The notes: generated by a model not told the origin, from the sequence alone. Shown: positions 38,921-48,432, numbered from the stretch's first letter. The stretch: 64,000 bases of DNA from Candidatus Methylomirabilia bacterium (GCA_046758385.1 JBHIAB010000001.1:2608-66607); one strand, 5' to 3'. Numbers and translations are program-made.

Positions 38921-40202
38921 AGTAATCGGCGCGGTGGCGCTCCCCGACCCGGGGGGGGCGGAGCTCGACCCGGCGGAGTTGCTCTAGGACGTGCTCGCGG
39001 ATGGTACGGGGCGGCGGCAGGTCGCGCACCACCTTGCCCTGTCTCATCAACGGCTTGATGAGCGGCTCCACCAGACCACCGCACTCGCACCGCTCGACAG
39101 GCTTGTGCGCCGGCACCACGACGCTCCGGAAACAGGCCCGGCAGCGATAGACCTGCTTGGACCCCGAGCGCTTGCCGCGCTTGGCCATGGGCTTGCCGTC
39201 AATTTCCATGATGTCCAGCGCGAAGTTCAGCGCCGGGGCGTTGGCAATGGAGGTCCCCACGCCGTAGGCATCCACCAGAGGATTGAGCCTCAGAACCTCT
39301 TCCTCGTCGATCCCCCCGGAGGCAATGAGCTTCACGTGCTCGAAGCCACGGGAGTCCAGCTCCCAGCGGACCTCCTCCAGAAGCCGGAAGAAGTCCCCGC
39401 GGCGGGACGAAGGCGTGTCCAGGCGCACAGCGTAGAGGTCCTTGCCCAGCGCCTCGGCGACCCGGATGGCTTCGAACTTCTCGTCCTGCAGGGTGTCGAT
39501 GAGGGCCACGCGGCGCACTTTGGGTTCGATGATCTCGTGAAACGCCTTCAGCGCCTCTGTTGTGTCTCCCACCATGAGGACCAGGGCGTGGGGGATCGTG
39601 CCCATGGGGTCGGCCTCGATCAGCTCCGCCGACTTGGTGACGGCCACGCCATCGCACCCCCCGATGAAGGCGTTCCGCTCGATCATCGGGGCGAGGGCCG
39701 GGTGCATACGACGAGCCCCGAAGGAGATCACCTGGCGCTCGCCGGCGGCCTTCTTGCACCGCGCGGCCTTGGTGGCGATGCCAGAGGCCTGGCAGAGGAG
39801 GCCCAGAAGAGCGGTCTCGTAGTGCGCCCATTCCACGTACGCGCCTTCAACAGCCAGCACCGGTTCGTAGGCGCCAAAGAGCGTACCCTCGTCCATGCTC
39901 CACACGTCCACCGCCAACCCTTCGAGGAGGGCCGCGACCTCTTCGACGCCGGCCAGGATGCCCCACTGCCAGCTACCGGGAAGGCCCTTCAGGCGGACCT
40001 CGGCCTTGGCGCGCTTGCGGTCGCCCAGGTGGCGGAGAATCTCCACCGTCCGGCCGAAGTAAATGTCGTGCACCCGGCCCGACTTGATGTCCGCGTCAGT
40101 AGCGAGGTGGAAGGTCCGATTGGGGGGCCGATTCGGCACAGGGCCGTCCTCCTGGGAGACAGAGGTGCCCTTCATTCTTCCAGACCCCCAACTAAAAGTC
40201 AA
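38919..40202 (-). CDS. nicotinate phosphoribosyltransferase-family protein with C-terminal Zn-ribbon
   Basis: 427 aa. NAPRTase-family layout. C-terminal CRACFRSVV...CECGG. Confidence 0.65.
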   Translation of the reverse strand: MTFSWGSGRMKGTSVSQEDGPVPNRPPNRTFHLATDADIKSGRVHDIYFGRTVEILRHLGDRKRAKAEVRLKGLPGSWQWGILAGVEEVAALLEGLAVDVWSMDEGTLFGAYEPVLAVEGAYVEWAHYETALLGLLCQASGIATKAARCKKAAGERQVISFGARRMHPALAPMIERNAFIGGCDGVAVTKSAELIEADPMGTIPHALVLMVGDTTEALKAFHEIIEPKVRRVALIDTLQDEKFEAIRVAEALGKDLYAVRLDTPSSRRGDFFRLLEEVRWELDSRGFEHVKLIASGGIDEEEVLRLNPLVDAYGVGTSIANAPALNFALDIMEIDGKPMAKRGKRSGSKQVYRCRACFRSVVVPAHKPVERCECGGLVEPLIKPLMRQGKVVRDLPPPRTIREHVLEQLRRVELRPPRVGERHRADY

Positions 40203-40247
40203 CGAAACTCGGGTGTTTGGGGATGGAGAGGGCCGGATCGAGGCCGA

Positions 40248-41114
40248 TCAGTCAAGCTTGAGACCGCGGAGGTGCGCCCTTAAGGCTTCGGCAAGGTCCG
40301 GGCGGGCCAGGGAGAGCTCCACCGTGGCCGTGACGAACCCGAGCTTGTCCCCGGTGTCGTAGCGCTTGCCTTCGAAGGCCACGGCGTAGAGCGGGCGGTG
40401 TGAGCGGAGGGCTCTCAGGCCATTGGTCACCTGAATCTCACCCCGGGAATCCGGTGGCGTCTGGGCGAGAATAGGGAAAATGTCCGGGGTGAGGACATAC
40501 CGTCCGATGATCGCCAGGTCTGACGGCGCCTCTTCAGGCGCCGGCTTCTCCACCAGATCCAAGACTTCGTAGACGTTTGTGGCGAGCGGCTTGGGCTGGA
40601 TCACCCCGTACCGGTGGATCTGGTCCCGGGGGATATGCTCGACCGCAACGACCGGACCCTGGCACTGCCCGTAGACGTCGAGCAGTTGACGCATGCAAGG
40701 GGTTTCGGCCACGACGATGTCGTCGCTCAAGAGGACGGCGAAGGGCTCCTCGCCAACCAGGGACCGGGCGGATAGGATGGCATGTCCGAGCCCGAGCGGC
40801 TCCTTCTGGCGCACGTAGGAGACCGAGGCCAGATCCGAGATTGTCCTGATCTGGGCCAGTTCCTTGGCCTTGCCCCGGTGCTGGAGGTAGTGTTCCAGCT
40901 CGAATGCCAAATCGAAGTGGTCCTCGATGGCCCGTTTCCCCCGCCCCGTGACGATGACGATCTCGTCAAGCCCCGAGGCCACGGCTTCCTCCACCACGTA
41001 CTGGATGGTGGGTTTGTCCACCAGCGGGAGCATCTCCTTGGGCAGGGCCTTCGTGGCCGGGAGGAACCGGGTGCCCAGCCCGGCAGCGGGGAACACGGCC
41101 TTCCGAATCCTCAC
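40248..41114 (-). CDS. galU: UTP--glucose-1-phosphate uridylyltransferase
   Basis: 288 aa. KAVFPAAGLGTRFLPATKALPKEMLPLVDKP N-terminal signature. Confidence 0.85.
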   Translation of the reverse strand: MRIRKAVFPAAGLGTRFLPATKALPKEMLPLVDKPTIQYVVEEAVASGLDEIVIVTGRGKRAIEDHFDLAFELEHYLQHRGKAKELAQIRTISDLASVSYVRQKEPLGLGHAILSARSLVGEEPFAVLLSDDIVVAETPCMRQLLDVYGQCQGPVVAVEHIPRDQIHRYGVIQPKPLATNVYEVLDLVEKPAPEEAPSDLAIIGRYVLTPDIFPILAQTPPDSRGEIQVTNGLRALRSHRPLYAVAFEGKRYDTGDKLGFVTATVELSLARPDLAEALRAHLRGLKLD

Positions 41115-41306
41115 AGAGAGCCTCCTCGGTCAGGCATCTCGGGCCGAAGATATACGACGCGCGCGAGAAAGGGAAGGTGGGGGCCAACCGGTCGTCGGTC
41201 AGGCTGCCGGCGCCTTTTTTTATGGGTTACACCGGACAGCGTTCTATGATGCTCGCAGGCGACCACCCGGCTCGTCCGGGCAGCCGAAGGCACGAAGGTC
41301 ACGAGG

Positions 41307-42020
41307 GTGAAAGGGTACTCACACATCCGGCTGGGCGTGGGCCTGCTGGGCGGCCTCATCGCCGTGCTTCTCGCGATGCTTCCCTCCCGAGGTACTCTCC
41401 TTAGCAGCAAGTTTCGCAACGCGAGTCCACCCCCTGTCACATGGACGGAGCTCCCGGTCTCAGGCCCGGAGAAGAAAGCAAGATCAGAAGAGTCGGCCTC
41501 CGTTGATCGGCGAGAGCCAGTCGTCTTACCCACGCCTAAGGCTACGTATACGCTTCATCTCGGCCCCTTCGTGATCGCGAGGGAGGCCGATGACGCCGAG
41601 GCCAGGCTGAACGAGCTCGGCATGTCCACTATGCGGTACCGTCAGCCTTCGAGCAGCGCCCTCTACGCCGTGAAAGTGGGCGAGTTCAGGACGCTTGCCC
41701 GAGCCATAGAGACCACGAAGCACCTCGCGCTCCGCCATCCCGCCCTGCGGCTAGGTAAGCTGGAGACTACGGCCGGGGGAGCATTGACCATCGTGGCGGA
41801 CAGCCTCTATCCCCTTCGGGAAGCCGTGGCCCTAGCCGTGGAGCTGCGAAAGGAAGGGTTTGCGGCTCAGGTCAAGACCGCGGAGGGAGCGGCCCCAGTG
41901 TTTGTCGTGCGGCCCAAGCAGACCTATGATCTCCAGACCGCCCAGGAGATGAGCCGGCAGTTCCACGCCCAACGCTTGCCGAACGCCGTCGTACTGGTGA
42001 AGCCCAGCCCGTCACGCTGA
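41307..42020 (+). CDS. membrane protein with SPOR-like domain(s)
   Basis: 237 aa. N-terminal TM helix. YAVKVGEFRTLARAIETTKHL... SPOR-like repeat. Confidence 0.5.
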   Translation: MKGYSHIRLGVGLLGGLIAVLLAMLPSRGTLLSSKFRNASPPPVTWTELPVSGPEKKARSEESASVDRREPVVLPTPKATYTLHLGPFVIAREADDAEARLNELGMSTMRYRQPSSSALYAVKVGEFRTLARAIETTKHLALRHPALRLGKLETTAGGALTIVADSLYPLREAVALAVELRKEGFAAQVKTAEGAAPVFVVRPKQTYDLQTAQEMSRQFHAQRLPNAVVLVKPSPSR

Positions 42021-42587
42021 GTCGCGAGGTTCATCTTTGAGCTGATGCCGCCAGATCGCCTGACGGATGGTGGCGAGAAACGGCTCGGCGTGGAAGGGTT
42101 TTTCGATAAAGGCGGAGGCCCCTTTATTCAGAGCCTCCTGAGCGAACTCTCGGGTCGCATAGGCCGTGATCATCACCACGTGCACCGCCGGGTTGGCACG
42201 CTTTGCAACCTCCAGGACCTGAAGCCCGCTCAGATGGGGCATCACGATGTCGCACACGATGACGTCAAAGGCACTGCTCTCTAGAACCCTCGCGGCCTCC
42301 CGGCTGTCACTGGTGGACTGGGGAGCATAGCCCGCCTGCTCGAGCAGATCCACCATGACCTCGAGGGTCTTGGGCTCGTCGTCAATCACCAGAATTCGGG
42401 GATTCTCCACCTTCTTCCCCCTGGCGTGATGCCTCCACCGCCATACTAACGTGACCCCGTCTCTGGGACAAAAAAACTCTTGAGGGATCCCGATCCTCAT
42501 CGTCCTGCCTTCCCAAACCCTGGAGCAGCTCACGACGCTCGTCGTCCTCTTCAAGTTCCTCCGGTAGCAAGCTCCCCCACCCCTCAT
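42012..42587 (-). CDS. response-regulator receiver-domain protein (CheY-like, stand-alone)
   Basis: RILVIDDEPKT...DVIVCDIVMP receiver motifs. True start probably downstream of the ORF-track M. Confidence 0.6.
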   Translation of the reverse strand: MRGGGACYRRNLKRTTSVVSCSRVWEGRTMRIGIPQEFFCPRDGVTLVWRWRHHARGKKVENPRILVIDDEPKTLEVMVDLLEQAGYAPQSTSDSREAARVLESSAFDVIVCDIVMPHLSGLQVLEVAKRANPAVHVVMITAYATREFAQEALNKGASAFIEKPFHAEPFLATIRQAIWRHQLKDEPRDSA

Positions 42588-43018
42588 CTTCCCGCCTCTC
42601 CCAAACCCCGAAGTAGCTCACGGCAGCGATCGAGGACGGAGCCCGCTTCCTCGACGGCGACGCGCGCCTCATCCTCCGTATACAGCCTTTGCGGAGGGGC
42701 CCCCGTTTCCTCGTCCCCGTAAAAGCTCACCTCCCGCTCGCGCCGAAGCCGACGGGAGATAGACGCGACCCGGTCGATCTCCTTCCCGAAGGGTTCTGGG
42801 AACTTCTCCCGGTGATCCTTCAGGATGATCCCCACATCGTGGATCCGGGGGACCTCGACGCCCGCGATCCTCAAAGCAGCTTTCAAGGCCAGCTCCACGA
42901 CCTCCTGCGACCTTCGGACGACCAGGTTCCACACTCCCCGCCGGTGAAGACCCTCCGCCTCCAGGAGAATGTCCCCTGCCTGGGTGAGAAGGCCCTCCGC
43001 CATCTCACGGTTCGTCAT
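42584..43018 (-). CDS. HEPN-domain protein (module 2)
   Basis: 144 aa helical. 4-bp overlap with upstream MNT. Paralogous in layout to 51664..52089. Confidence 0.65.
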   Translation of the reverse strand: MTNREMAEGLLTQAGDILLEAEGLHRRGVWNLVVRRSQEVVELALKAALRIAGVEVPRIHDVGIILKDHREKFPEPFGKEIDRVASISRRLRREREVSFYGDEETGAPPQRLYTEDEARVAVEEAGSVLDRCRELLRGLGEAGR

Positions 43019-43551
43019 AGCTCGAAGATCTCCCCGGGCACGTAGTCCGGTTTCAGCTCCCAGTAGCGGATCCTCCCCCGTTTCAAGCGTCGGGCCCCGA
43101 GGCGATCGAGGGAGCTCCGGAGATGCGCCAATATCGCCGAAAAGAACCCCTCACGGTCGAAGAGGATCACGGCATCCTCGACCAGGTCCAAGTAGAGAGG
43201 TGTGAGCCGCTCAGCCTCTTCGGGGCTCTTCAGAACAGGACTGAAGTCCGTGAGGACCCCTTGTTTGCGCAGCGCCGCTAACCGAGGGGCTAAAAGGTCA
43301 TCAGCTGCGCTCAGCCGCTCCTGCCGCGCAAGTCGTCCTCTGGGCAAATCCCTTGCGATGATGAGGAGGTCGATGTCAGACACGGAGGTCGCCTCCCGCC
43401 GGGCCACGGAGCCGAAGAGAACAACCGCGACGAGGGATTCCCCAAGGAGCCCCTTCAAAGCGTCGGTGTAATCAACGGCGAGCTCCCGGAGAGCCCGGTT
43501 GTGTTCCGCTGTCTCCATCCCGCTCTTCCCCTGGTCCAAGAGTTCCCTCAC
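43015..43551 (-). CDS. MNT nucleotidyltransferase (module 2)
   Basis: 178 aa. LFGSVARREATSVSDIDLLII motif. C-terminus YWELKPDYVPGEIFEL nearly identical to the 52086..52604 paralog (YWVLKPDLRPGEIIEL). Confidence 0.7.
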   Translation of the reverse strand: MRELLDQGKSGMETAEHNRALRELAVDYTDALKGLLGESLVAVVLFGSVARREATSVSDIDLLIIARDLPRGRLARQERLSAADDLLAPRLAALRKQGVLTDFSPVLKSPEEAERLTPLYLDLVEDAVILFDREGFFSAILAHLRSSLDRLGARRLKRGRIRYWELKPDYVPGEIFEL

Positions 43552-43583
43552 AGCTGCCCATCAGCCTCACGATAACCTGGATG

Positions 43584-43870
43584 TCAGATAGGCCTTACGA
43601 AAGCGAAGTGTTTGAACGGGGGAAGCGGCGGCTCGACAAGCGTGGCCAGTTCGACCAGGCTCAAGGCTCCTTGCCGCGGCTCTGCCTCGTAAAGCACCCG
43701 GGCATCGCGCAGGATCTCAAAAGCCAGCGTTGGCTTCAGGCGCGGTGAAAACAGGTGAATATCAGGCTTACACGCCGGGACCAAGGCCTGAACCTCTCGT
43801 AGGGCGAGGAGGGGATCATCTGGACCCGCGGCGAACACGAGAAGATCGAGATCGGAGATTGCCGTCCCTT
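43584..43870 (-). pseudogene. N-terminally truncated MNT nucleotidyltransferase remnant
   Basis: Frame open from TAA at ~43871. Reads SFIPCQGTAISDLDLLVFAAGPDDP... The SD.DLLV half of the MNT motif is present, but the GSxxRG half and any ATG are missing. Confidence 0.4.
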
Positions 43871-43994
43871 GACACGGAATGAACGATTATTCGCTGGATG
43901 GCTTCAGTTGACCCCCGGCTAAAGACGCTTCCTCCATCTCTTCCTTCACGCCGGTCATGGCGAGGCCCGAGGGTGTAGCTGCCGAGACAGAGGA

Positions 43995-44435
43995 TCAGCG
44001 GACACGCTCGTCGATCCGGCCCAGGATCTCCGTGATCCCCTGGAGAATCGGCCGGGTGGCCTCCTGGGTTTCCCGGATGAGCTGGCGGGTGGCCTCAGTC
44101 TCACGAGTGATCAGCTCCTGGGTCTCCCGGCTCATCTGCTGGAGAAGCTGGCGATTGCCTTCGGCCTCACGAACGATCAACTCCTGGGTCTCCCGGATGA
44201 GCTGGCGGCTGGCCTCCGTCTCACGAGTGATCAGCTCCTGGATCTCCCGGCTCATCTGCTGGAGAAGCTGGCGATTGCCTTCGGCCTCACGAACGATTAG
44301 CTCCTGGGTCTCCCGAATGAGGCCGCCGATCTCTCGCCGGGTCAGGCGGCCATTGTAGACCGAGAAGACGCCGACAATGAGCCCGAAGATGGTGATGCCG
44401 GACGCGAAGAGGGTGAAGATCTCAACAAAACTCAT
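43995..44435 (-). CDS. membrane-anchored coiled-coil protein with two 40-aa tandem repeats
   Basis: Start taken at MSFVEIFTLFASGITIFGLIVGVF (TM helix). Then LIRETQELIVREAEGNRQLLQQMSRE(I/T)QELITRETEA(S/T)RQ appears twice. Encoded by a near-perfect 120-bp tandem DNA repeat. Confidence 0.5.
   Translation of the reverse strand: MSFVEIFTLFASGITIFGLIVGVFSVYNGRLTRREIGGLIRETQELIVREAEGNRQLLQQMSREIQELITRETEASRQLIRETQELIVREAEGNRQLLQQMSRETQELITRETEATRQLIRETQEATRPILQGITEILGRIDERVR
44062..44330. repeat. 120-bp tandem direct repeat (~2.2 copies, ~1 mismatch between full copies) inside CDS 43995..44435
   Basis: 44101-44160 vs 44221-44280 differ at one base. 44062-44100 vs 44182-44220 and 44161-44181 vs 44281-44301 extend the period. 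Confidence 0.85.
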
Positions 44436-44458
44436 GGGTCTTCGCCCCTTCGCACATT

Positions 44459-44710
44459 CTAGGGCGAGCAAGGGTGCCAAGCAAGTTCATGGAGGAAGCC
44501 TTTCCCGAACCCGACACGTTCCGTCTCCACCAAGGGAGAGAACTCAAACATTCGATCGATCAGGCGCTTCTCATCCTCCCCTCGCAAGCCGACGAAGATG
44601 TCGTAATCGCTCCCCCGGGACCAATCCCCTCTGGCCATCGAGCCGAAGAGGACCACAAACTCCAGCTCCTCGCCACGCCTGTCCAGCAGATGCCGCAGAA
44701 AGCGCTCCAA
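44459..44710 (-). CDS. MNT nucleotidyltransferase (solo, TTG start)
   Basis: LFGSMARGDWSRGSDYDIFV motif. No ATG in frame upstream up to TAA. No HEPN partner directly downstream. Confidence 0.55.
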   Translation of the reverse strand: MERFLRHLLDRRGEELEFVVLFGSMARGDWSRGSDYDIFVGLRGEDEKRLIDRMFEFSPLVETERVGFGKGFLHELAWHPCSP

Positions 44711-44916
44711 TTTTTCAACCTCAGGGCGATCCGATAACGCCCGCAGCGGCGAAGGCCACTGTTCGTCGAGCTTCGGCCCCGTGCGCCCTCGAATCTTAGC
44801 ATAAAGCGCAAGGCCAGAGATCAGCCAGGCTGCGGCAGCGCGTATTTAGAACTACTCAGAATGTCGGAGAAAGGCCCGCCCCAGAACGTCACCGTCTTCA
44901 AGCAGGCCGAGGATGC

Positions 44917-45780
44917 TCACATGGCGACTCTGGCTGAGGTCTTCAGGATGATCTGCCGAGAGACCTGAGTGCCTGGGACGACCGGAATAGTGACCACGCG
45001 GGTGACTGTCGTGGCCCCGGACGTGTGAGTGGCGCTCACCACGTCGACTCCGCCGGGGATTGTAAATCTAAAGGGCGCGTTGCCGTCGGTGGCCGTCTCT
45101 TTCGTATCGTTCAGGACTTGCTCGCCGTCTTGTGCCGAGAAGATTTCGACGGTCAGGCCATTCGGCTGGGGGATGTCGTTGACGATGACGGTCACGATCA
45201 GCGTGCTGGTAACCTGGACCGGTGACTGAGAGTTAGCCAGGCCGGGAGGTCTGACCGGGAATTCGATGTCGTCCCCCGTACCCAGCGCGCCGTCCGGCCC
45301 TGCGCTAATGATCTGCCCGGCCTGGTTTGTCTGCCCCTGGGTAGGGTCAGCCGTGTAGGAATATGGCCGACCCCAAGCGTCCACAAAGAGTTCGTTCGGG
45401 TCAAATTGGCCAAGGAGGTACGGGCCGCGCCACCCGGTGCCGACCCCGCCCACATGCTCGTTGGTACCGTCGGCCGTGTGGAAGGCCGGTTGGTTCCCCT
45501 GGACCAAAAGCTCGGATAAGGTCGTAGGCAGCCGTCCCATGTCCCCCAGGTAGCCGAACTTCCCTCTCTCCGGATTCCCCACGATCGCTCTGAAAATCTC
45601 TTCGATCTCGGTCCGGGTCGCCTCCTCGTTGGAGGACTGAAAGGCCTGGAACGCCAGCGGAGTGATGAGGGCAGCCAAGATGGCCACGACGGCGAGCCCG
45701 ATCACTATCTCGATCAGGGTGAAACCATGCCTTCGCCAGAAGGGGAAACCTCTCAACCACAAGATGGGCAAACGCATCAT
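44917..45780 (-). CDS. type II secretion/type IV filament pseudopilin, GspG-like (paralog 1)
   Basis: Prepilin N-terminus ...RRHG|FTLIEIVIGLAVVAILAALITP (Glu+5). GspG-domain motifs WRGPYL, DAWGRPYSY, SAGPDGALGTGDDIEF. Confidence 0.7.
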   Translation of the reverse strand: MMRLPILWLRGFPFWRRHGFTLIEIVIGLAVVAILAALITPLAFQAFQSSNEEATRTEIEEIFRAIVGNPERGKFGYLGDMGRLPTTLSELLVQGNQPAFHTADGTNEHVGGVGTGWRGPYLLGQFDPNELFVDAWGRPYSYTADPTQGQTNQAGQIISAGPDGALGTGDDIEFPVRPPGLANSQSPVQVTSTLIVTVIVNDIPQPNGLTVEIFSAQDGEQVLNDTKETATDGNAPFRFTIPGGVDVVSATHTSGATTVTRVVTIPVVPGTQVSRQIILKTSARVAM

Positions 45781-45785
45781 TCCCT

Positions 45786-46622
45786 TCAATCCGGAATTGC
45801 GCACGGGTTCGCGGTGACCGAGACAACGGCACCGGTCAACATCCGGACCTCCTTGAGGACCGACTGTCCAGCGTGGACCGGCACGATGACGGTGCGGGCG
45901 ACGGTGCTGCACGGCCCACCCCCGCCGCCCCCCTGTCCGGTGTGGGCGACCACGAGGGCGTGTAGCCCATGGGTCACGTTCTCGAACACGAAGCCGTCAA
46001 ACCTCAAACCACCCGGCAGGTGCTTCCGGGTGGGAGTGACAGCCTGCTCTCCGTCAAGCGGCGAGTAAAGTTTCGCCGTAGCGCCCAGCGGGCCTGGGAT
46101 CTGATTTCCGAGGACTGAGACGAACAGCCTCCCCGTGGTGGGCGGCGCGTGAAGGGGGAACACGATGTCATCCGTCGTTCCCGAGACGCCGTCCGGCCCC
46201 AGGCTGATGATCTGGCCATTTTGAAAATCGAAGGGCCGACCCCAGGAGTCCAGGAAGAGGTCGGCGGTGGAGAAGAAGCTTTTCAGATATGGGCCTCGCC
46301 AGCCGGTCCCGAGCTTCCCGACGTGCTCGATGCCGCCGTCGGCCGTGTGGAAGGCGAGTTGATTGCCCTGTTCGACGAGCTCGGAAAGGCTCGTGGGCAG
46401 CCGCCCCATGTCCCCCAGGTAGCCGAACTCGCCCTGGGCGGGATTCCCAAAGATGGCCCGGAAGATCTCTTCTGCCTTCTCTTGCGTCTCTCGCTCCCTG
46501 TCGGCTTCGACGAGGCCGAAGAGGTTCGGGGCCATGAGCCCTATCACGGCGGCCAACACAGCAAGAACGATGACCACCTCGATGAGGGTGAACCCCTGAG
46601 AACGATCTCTTGGCTGCTTCAT
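45786..46622 (-). CDS. pseudopilin, GspG-like (paralog 2)
   Basis: MKQPRDRSQG|FTLIEVVIVLAVLA; WRGPYL, DSWGRPFDF, SLGPDGVSGTTDDIVFP. Gly-rich C-terminus. Confidence 0.7.
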   Translation of the reverse strand: MKQPRDRSQGFTLIEVVIVLAVLAAVIGLMAPNLFGLVEADRERETQEKAEEIFRAIFGNPAQGEFGYLGDMGRLPTSLSELVEQGNQLAFHTADGGIEHVGKLGTGWRGPYLKSFFSTADLFLDSWGRPFDFQNGQIISLGPDGVSGTTDDIVFPLHAPPTTGRLFVSVLGNQIPGPLGATAKLYSPLDGEQAVTPTRKHLPGGLRFDGFVFENVTHGLHALVVAHTGQGGGGGGPCSTVARTVIVPVHAGQSVLKEVRMLTGAVVSVTANPCAIPD

Positions 46623-48364
46623 GGCTGGAGAGGCGGATTCAGAACGCATGAGAACGTGATGGTTGGGCGCCCGCTGATCCTGTTCGGCTTGGGCTTCTTC
46701 GGCTTCTTGCCCTTCTTATGGTCGTCATCATCGTCGTCGTCGTGTCCTTTCCCATGCCCACCACTCGAGGACGCGTTTTCCGCTAGGACGACGCCGGTGA
46801 TGGTGGGGCGGCCGCTGATACGGATCCGCCCATGCGCGGCGACGAGTCCGGTGAGAGGTTTGCTGGAGCTGATCTTGATCTCGTCGCCGGCCACCAACAG
46901 CGTATCGGTGAGGTGGGCGGTCATTGTGGGGCGTCCCGAGACTTTGATGTCTCCTGTGGCGAGTACAGTGACCCTCCACGATAACGCGCCGCTCCCCGCG
47001 CGACCCGAAATCTTGGCGTCCCCCTCGAAGAAATAGGTTCCATCGACGGCGGTCTTGCCGCTGAACGTCCACTTGGCAGGGTGCCCCGGCCGATATTTCC
47101 AGCCCTGGAACTTCTGTCCTTTGTGCAACGTTGCGAGGTGCTTCGGCGGGTCGTCGCCGTCGAAGACCTCCCCATTGGATTTCAGGTGAAACACCTGCCC
47201 GACGGGAAGATCGACCTTGGCGGCGGTCAGGAAGTCAGCCGGGTCGATCGCGGGGATGTCTTTTGGATCGAATCCTCCTCCGACACCGGGCCCGCCTATA
47301 TCTACCTTCTTTGAAGCCGAGAACTTCCCGCTGGCAGTAGCGTCCCCGGCGATCGACACGCGATCACGAATCTTGAGATCTCCATTCGCGTGGACGTTCC
47401 CACACTGTCCATTGATCGTTGCCCGGTCGTCGATCTTGAGATCCCCGTTCACCAGTATGGCGTCGGTCACGTTGAAGGCAATTAGCCCCACCGGGATCTT
47501 GACGTCGAGCCGGTTGACGATGTTCGACTTCAGGGCCACGTGCAAGGCTTCTGTCAGGGGGCGCCCGCCGAACTCGATCTCGGCGAACCTGACCCCCGCG
47601 GGCACAGAATCGAAGACGATGGTGACTTCGGATCCGTCGGGCCCCACCACCGTGGTCGGCTGACTGACGAGACTCACCTGCTGGCCGTCCTCCGGGAAGA
47701 AGAGGGTCGCGGTGACGTTCTTCGCGGGGTTCTTGCTCCTGCCCACAGTGACGGTCAAGAAGAGATGCCCTGCGTCCTGAAATGGTTCGGAGCTGATGTC
47801 GTCGCCGGTATCGAACAGGCCGTCTGGCCCAGCGCTGGTGATCTGACCGATCCGCACGGTCAGGGAGACGCCTCCGGAGGTCGGATCGGTGGACGGTACC
47901 GTGACCTCGGGGCAGGTGTAGCGAAAGCGGTTGCCCCAGCCGTCCTCCAGATGCTCATTCGTGAAAATCATCTCCTTGAAGTACGGCCCCTGCCACCCCA
48001 TCCCGAGCCCGCCCCGATTCGCGGTGTCGAAAAGCGCGGTCGAAGGGTTGAAACTGGAATCGCAGAGGGTGTGAGGCCCTTGGAGATTGTTCAGTTCTTC
48101 CAGGCTCTTCGGGACCCGGCCCACGTCGCCGATGAAGCCGAAGGTTGCCTCCCCGGGGATCCCGGCGATCACCTCCACTAGCTTGGCCAGCTTGCGGCGG
48201 GTCGCTTCTTCGTTTGAGACCGTGATGTCGAGAACCAGCGGGAGCGCCAGGGCGGCCCCCGTCGCAGCGAGGGCGAGGAGCACCAGCAGCCCGAGGAGCG
48301 TGAAGCCCCTGGTCCCTACGCTTCCTCCCACCTCATCGGTCACCCGTCGAGAGCCAAGTTCCAC
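46619..48364 (-). CDS. giant pseudopilin-like protein (581 aa) with beta-helix-like repeat domain and acidic/basic tail
   Basis: N-term ...VGTRG|FTLLGLLVLLALAATGA (Gly not Glu at +5). WQGPYF, DGWGNRFRY, SAGPDGLFDTGDDIS GspG motifs. Then repeated GDLKI/ISGRPTIT units. Tail GHGKGHDDDDDDDHKKGKKPKKPKPN. Confidence 0.6.
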   Translation of the reverse strand: MELGSRRVTDEVGGSVGTRGFTLLGLLVLLALAATGAALALPLVLDITVSNEEATRRKLAKLVEVIAGIPGEATFGFIGDVGRVPKSLEELNNLQGPHTLCDSSFNPSTALFDTANRGGLGMGWQGPYFKEMIFTNEHLEDGWGNRFRYTCPEVTVPSTDPTSGGVSLTVRIGQITSAGPDGLFDTGDDISSEPFQDAGHLFLTVTVGRSKNPAKNVTATLFFPEDGQQVSLVSQPTTVVGPDGSEVTIVFDSVPAGVRFAEIEFGGRPLTEALHVALKSNIVNRLDVKIPVGLIAFNVTDAILVNGDLKIDDRATINGQCGNVHANGDLKIRDRVSIAGDATASGKFSASKKVDIGGPGVGGGFDPKDIPAIDPADFLTAAKVDLPVGQVFHLKSNGEVFDGDDPPKHLATLHKGQKFQGWKYRPGHPAKWTFSGKTAVDGTYFFEGDAKISGRAGSGALSWRVTVLATGDIKVSGRPTMTAHLTDTLLVAGDEIKISSSKPLTGLVAAHGRIRISGRPTITGVVLAENASSSGGHGKGHDDDDDDDHKKGKKPKKPKPNRISGRPTITFSCVLNPPLQP

Positions 48365-48432
48365 CGCGCATCTACGATCTTTCGCTGGCAGGCCCTATCT
48401 CCCCTGACCTTATCCTCTCCCCCGGTCTATCG

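Noticed and set aside
38921-39090. N-terminal extension of trpC ORF (MRVRWSGGAAHQ...PPRRLLSLA)
   Set aside because: Overlaps the NAPRTase-like gene in another frame. The TrpC homology starts at VLDEILRYK, so a GTG start at 38920 was chosen.
43957-44358. Plus-strand 133-aa ORF (W/S/R-rich repeats) opposite the coiled-coil repeat gene
   Set aside because: Composition implausible for a protein (WVSRMSWRVAS...). It is the mirror of the minus-strand heptad-repeat gene, which has a TM anchor and an operon context.
44560-44811. 83-aa minus-strand ORF overlapping MNT 44459-44710 in another frame
   Set aside because: Overlaps a motif-supported MNT gene. No features.
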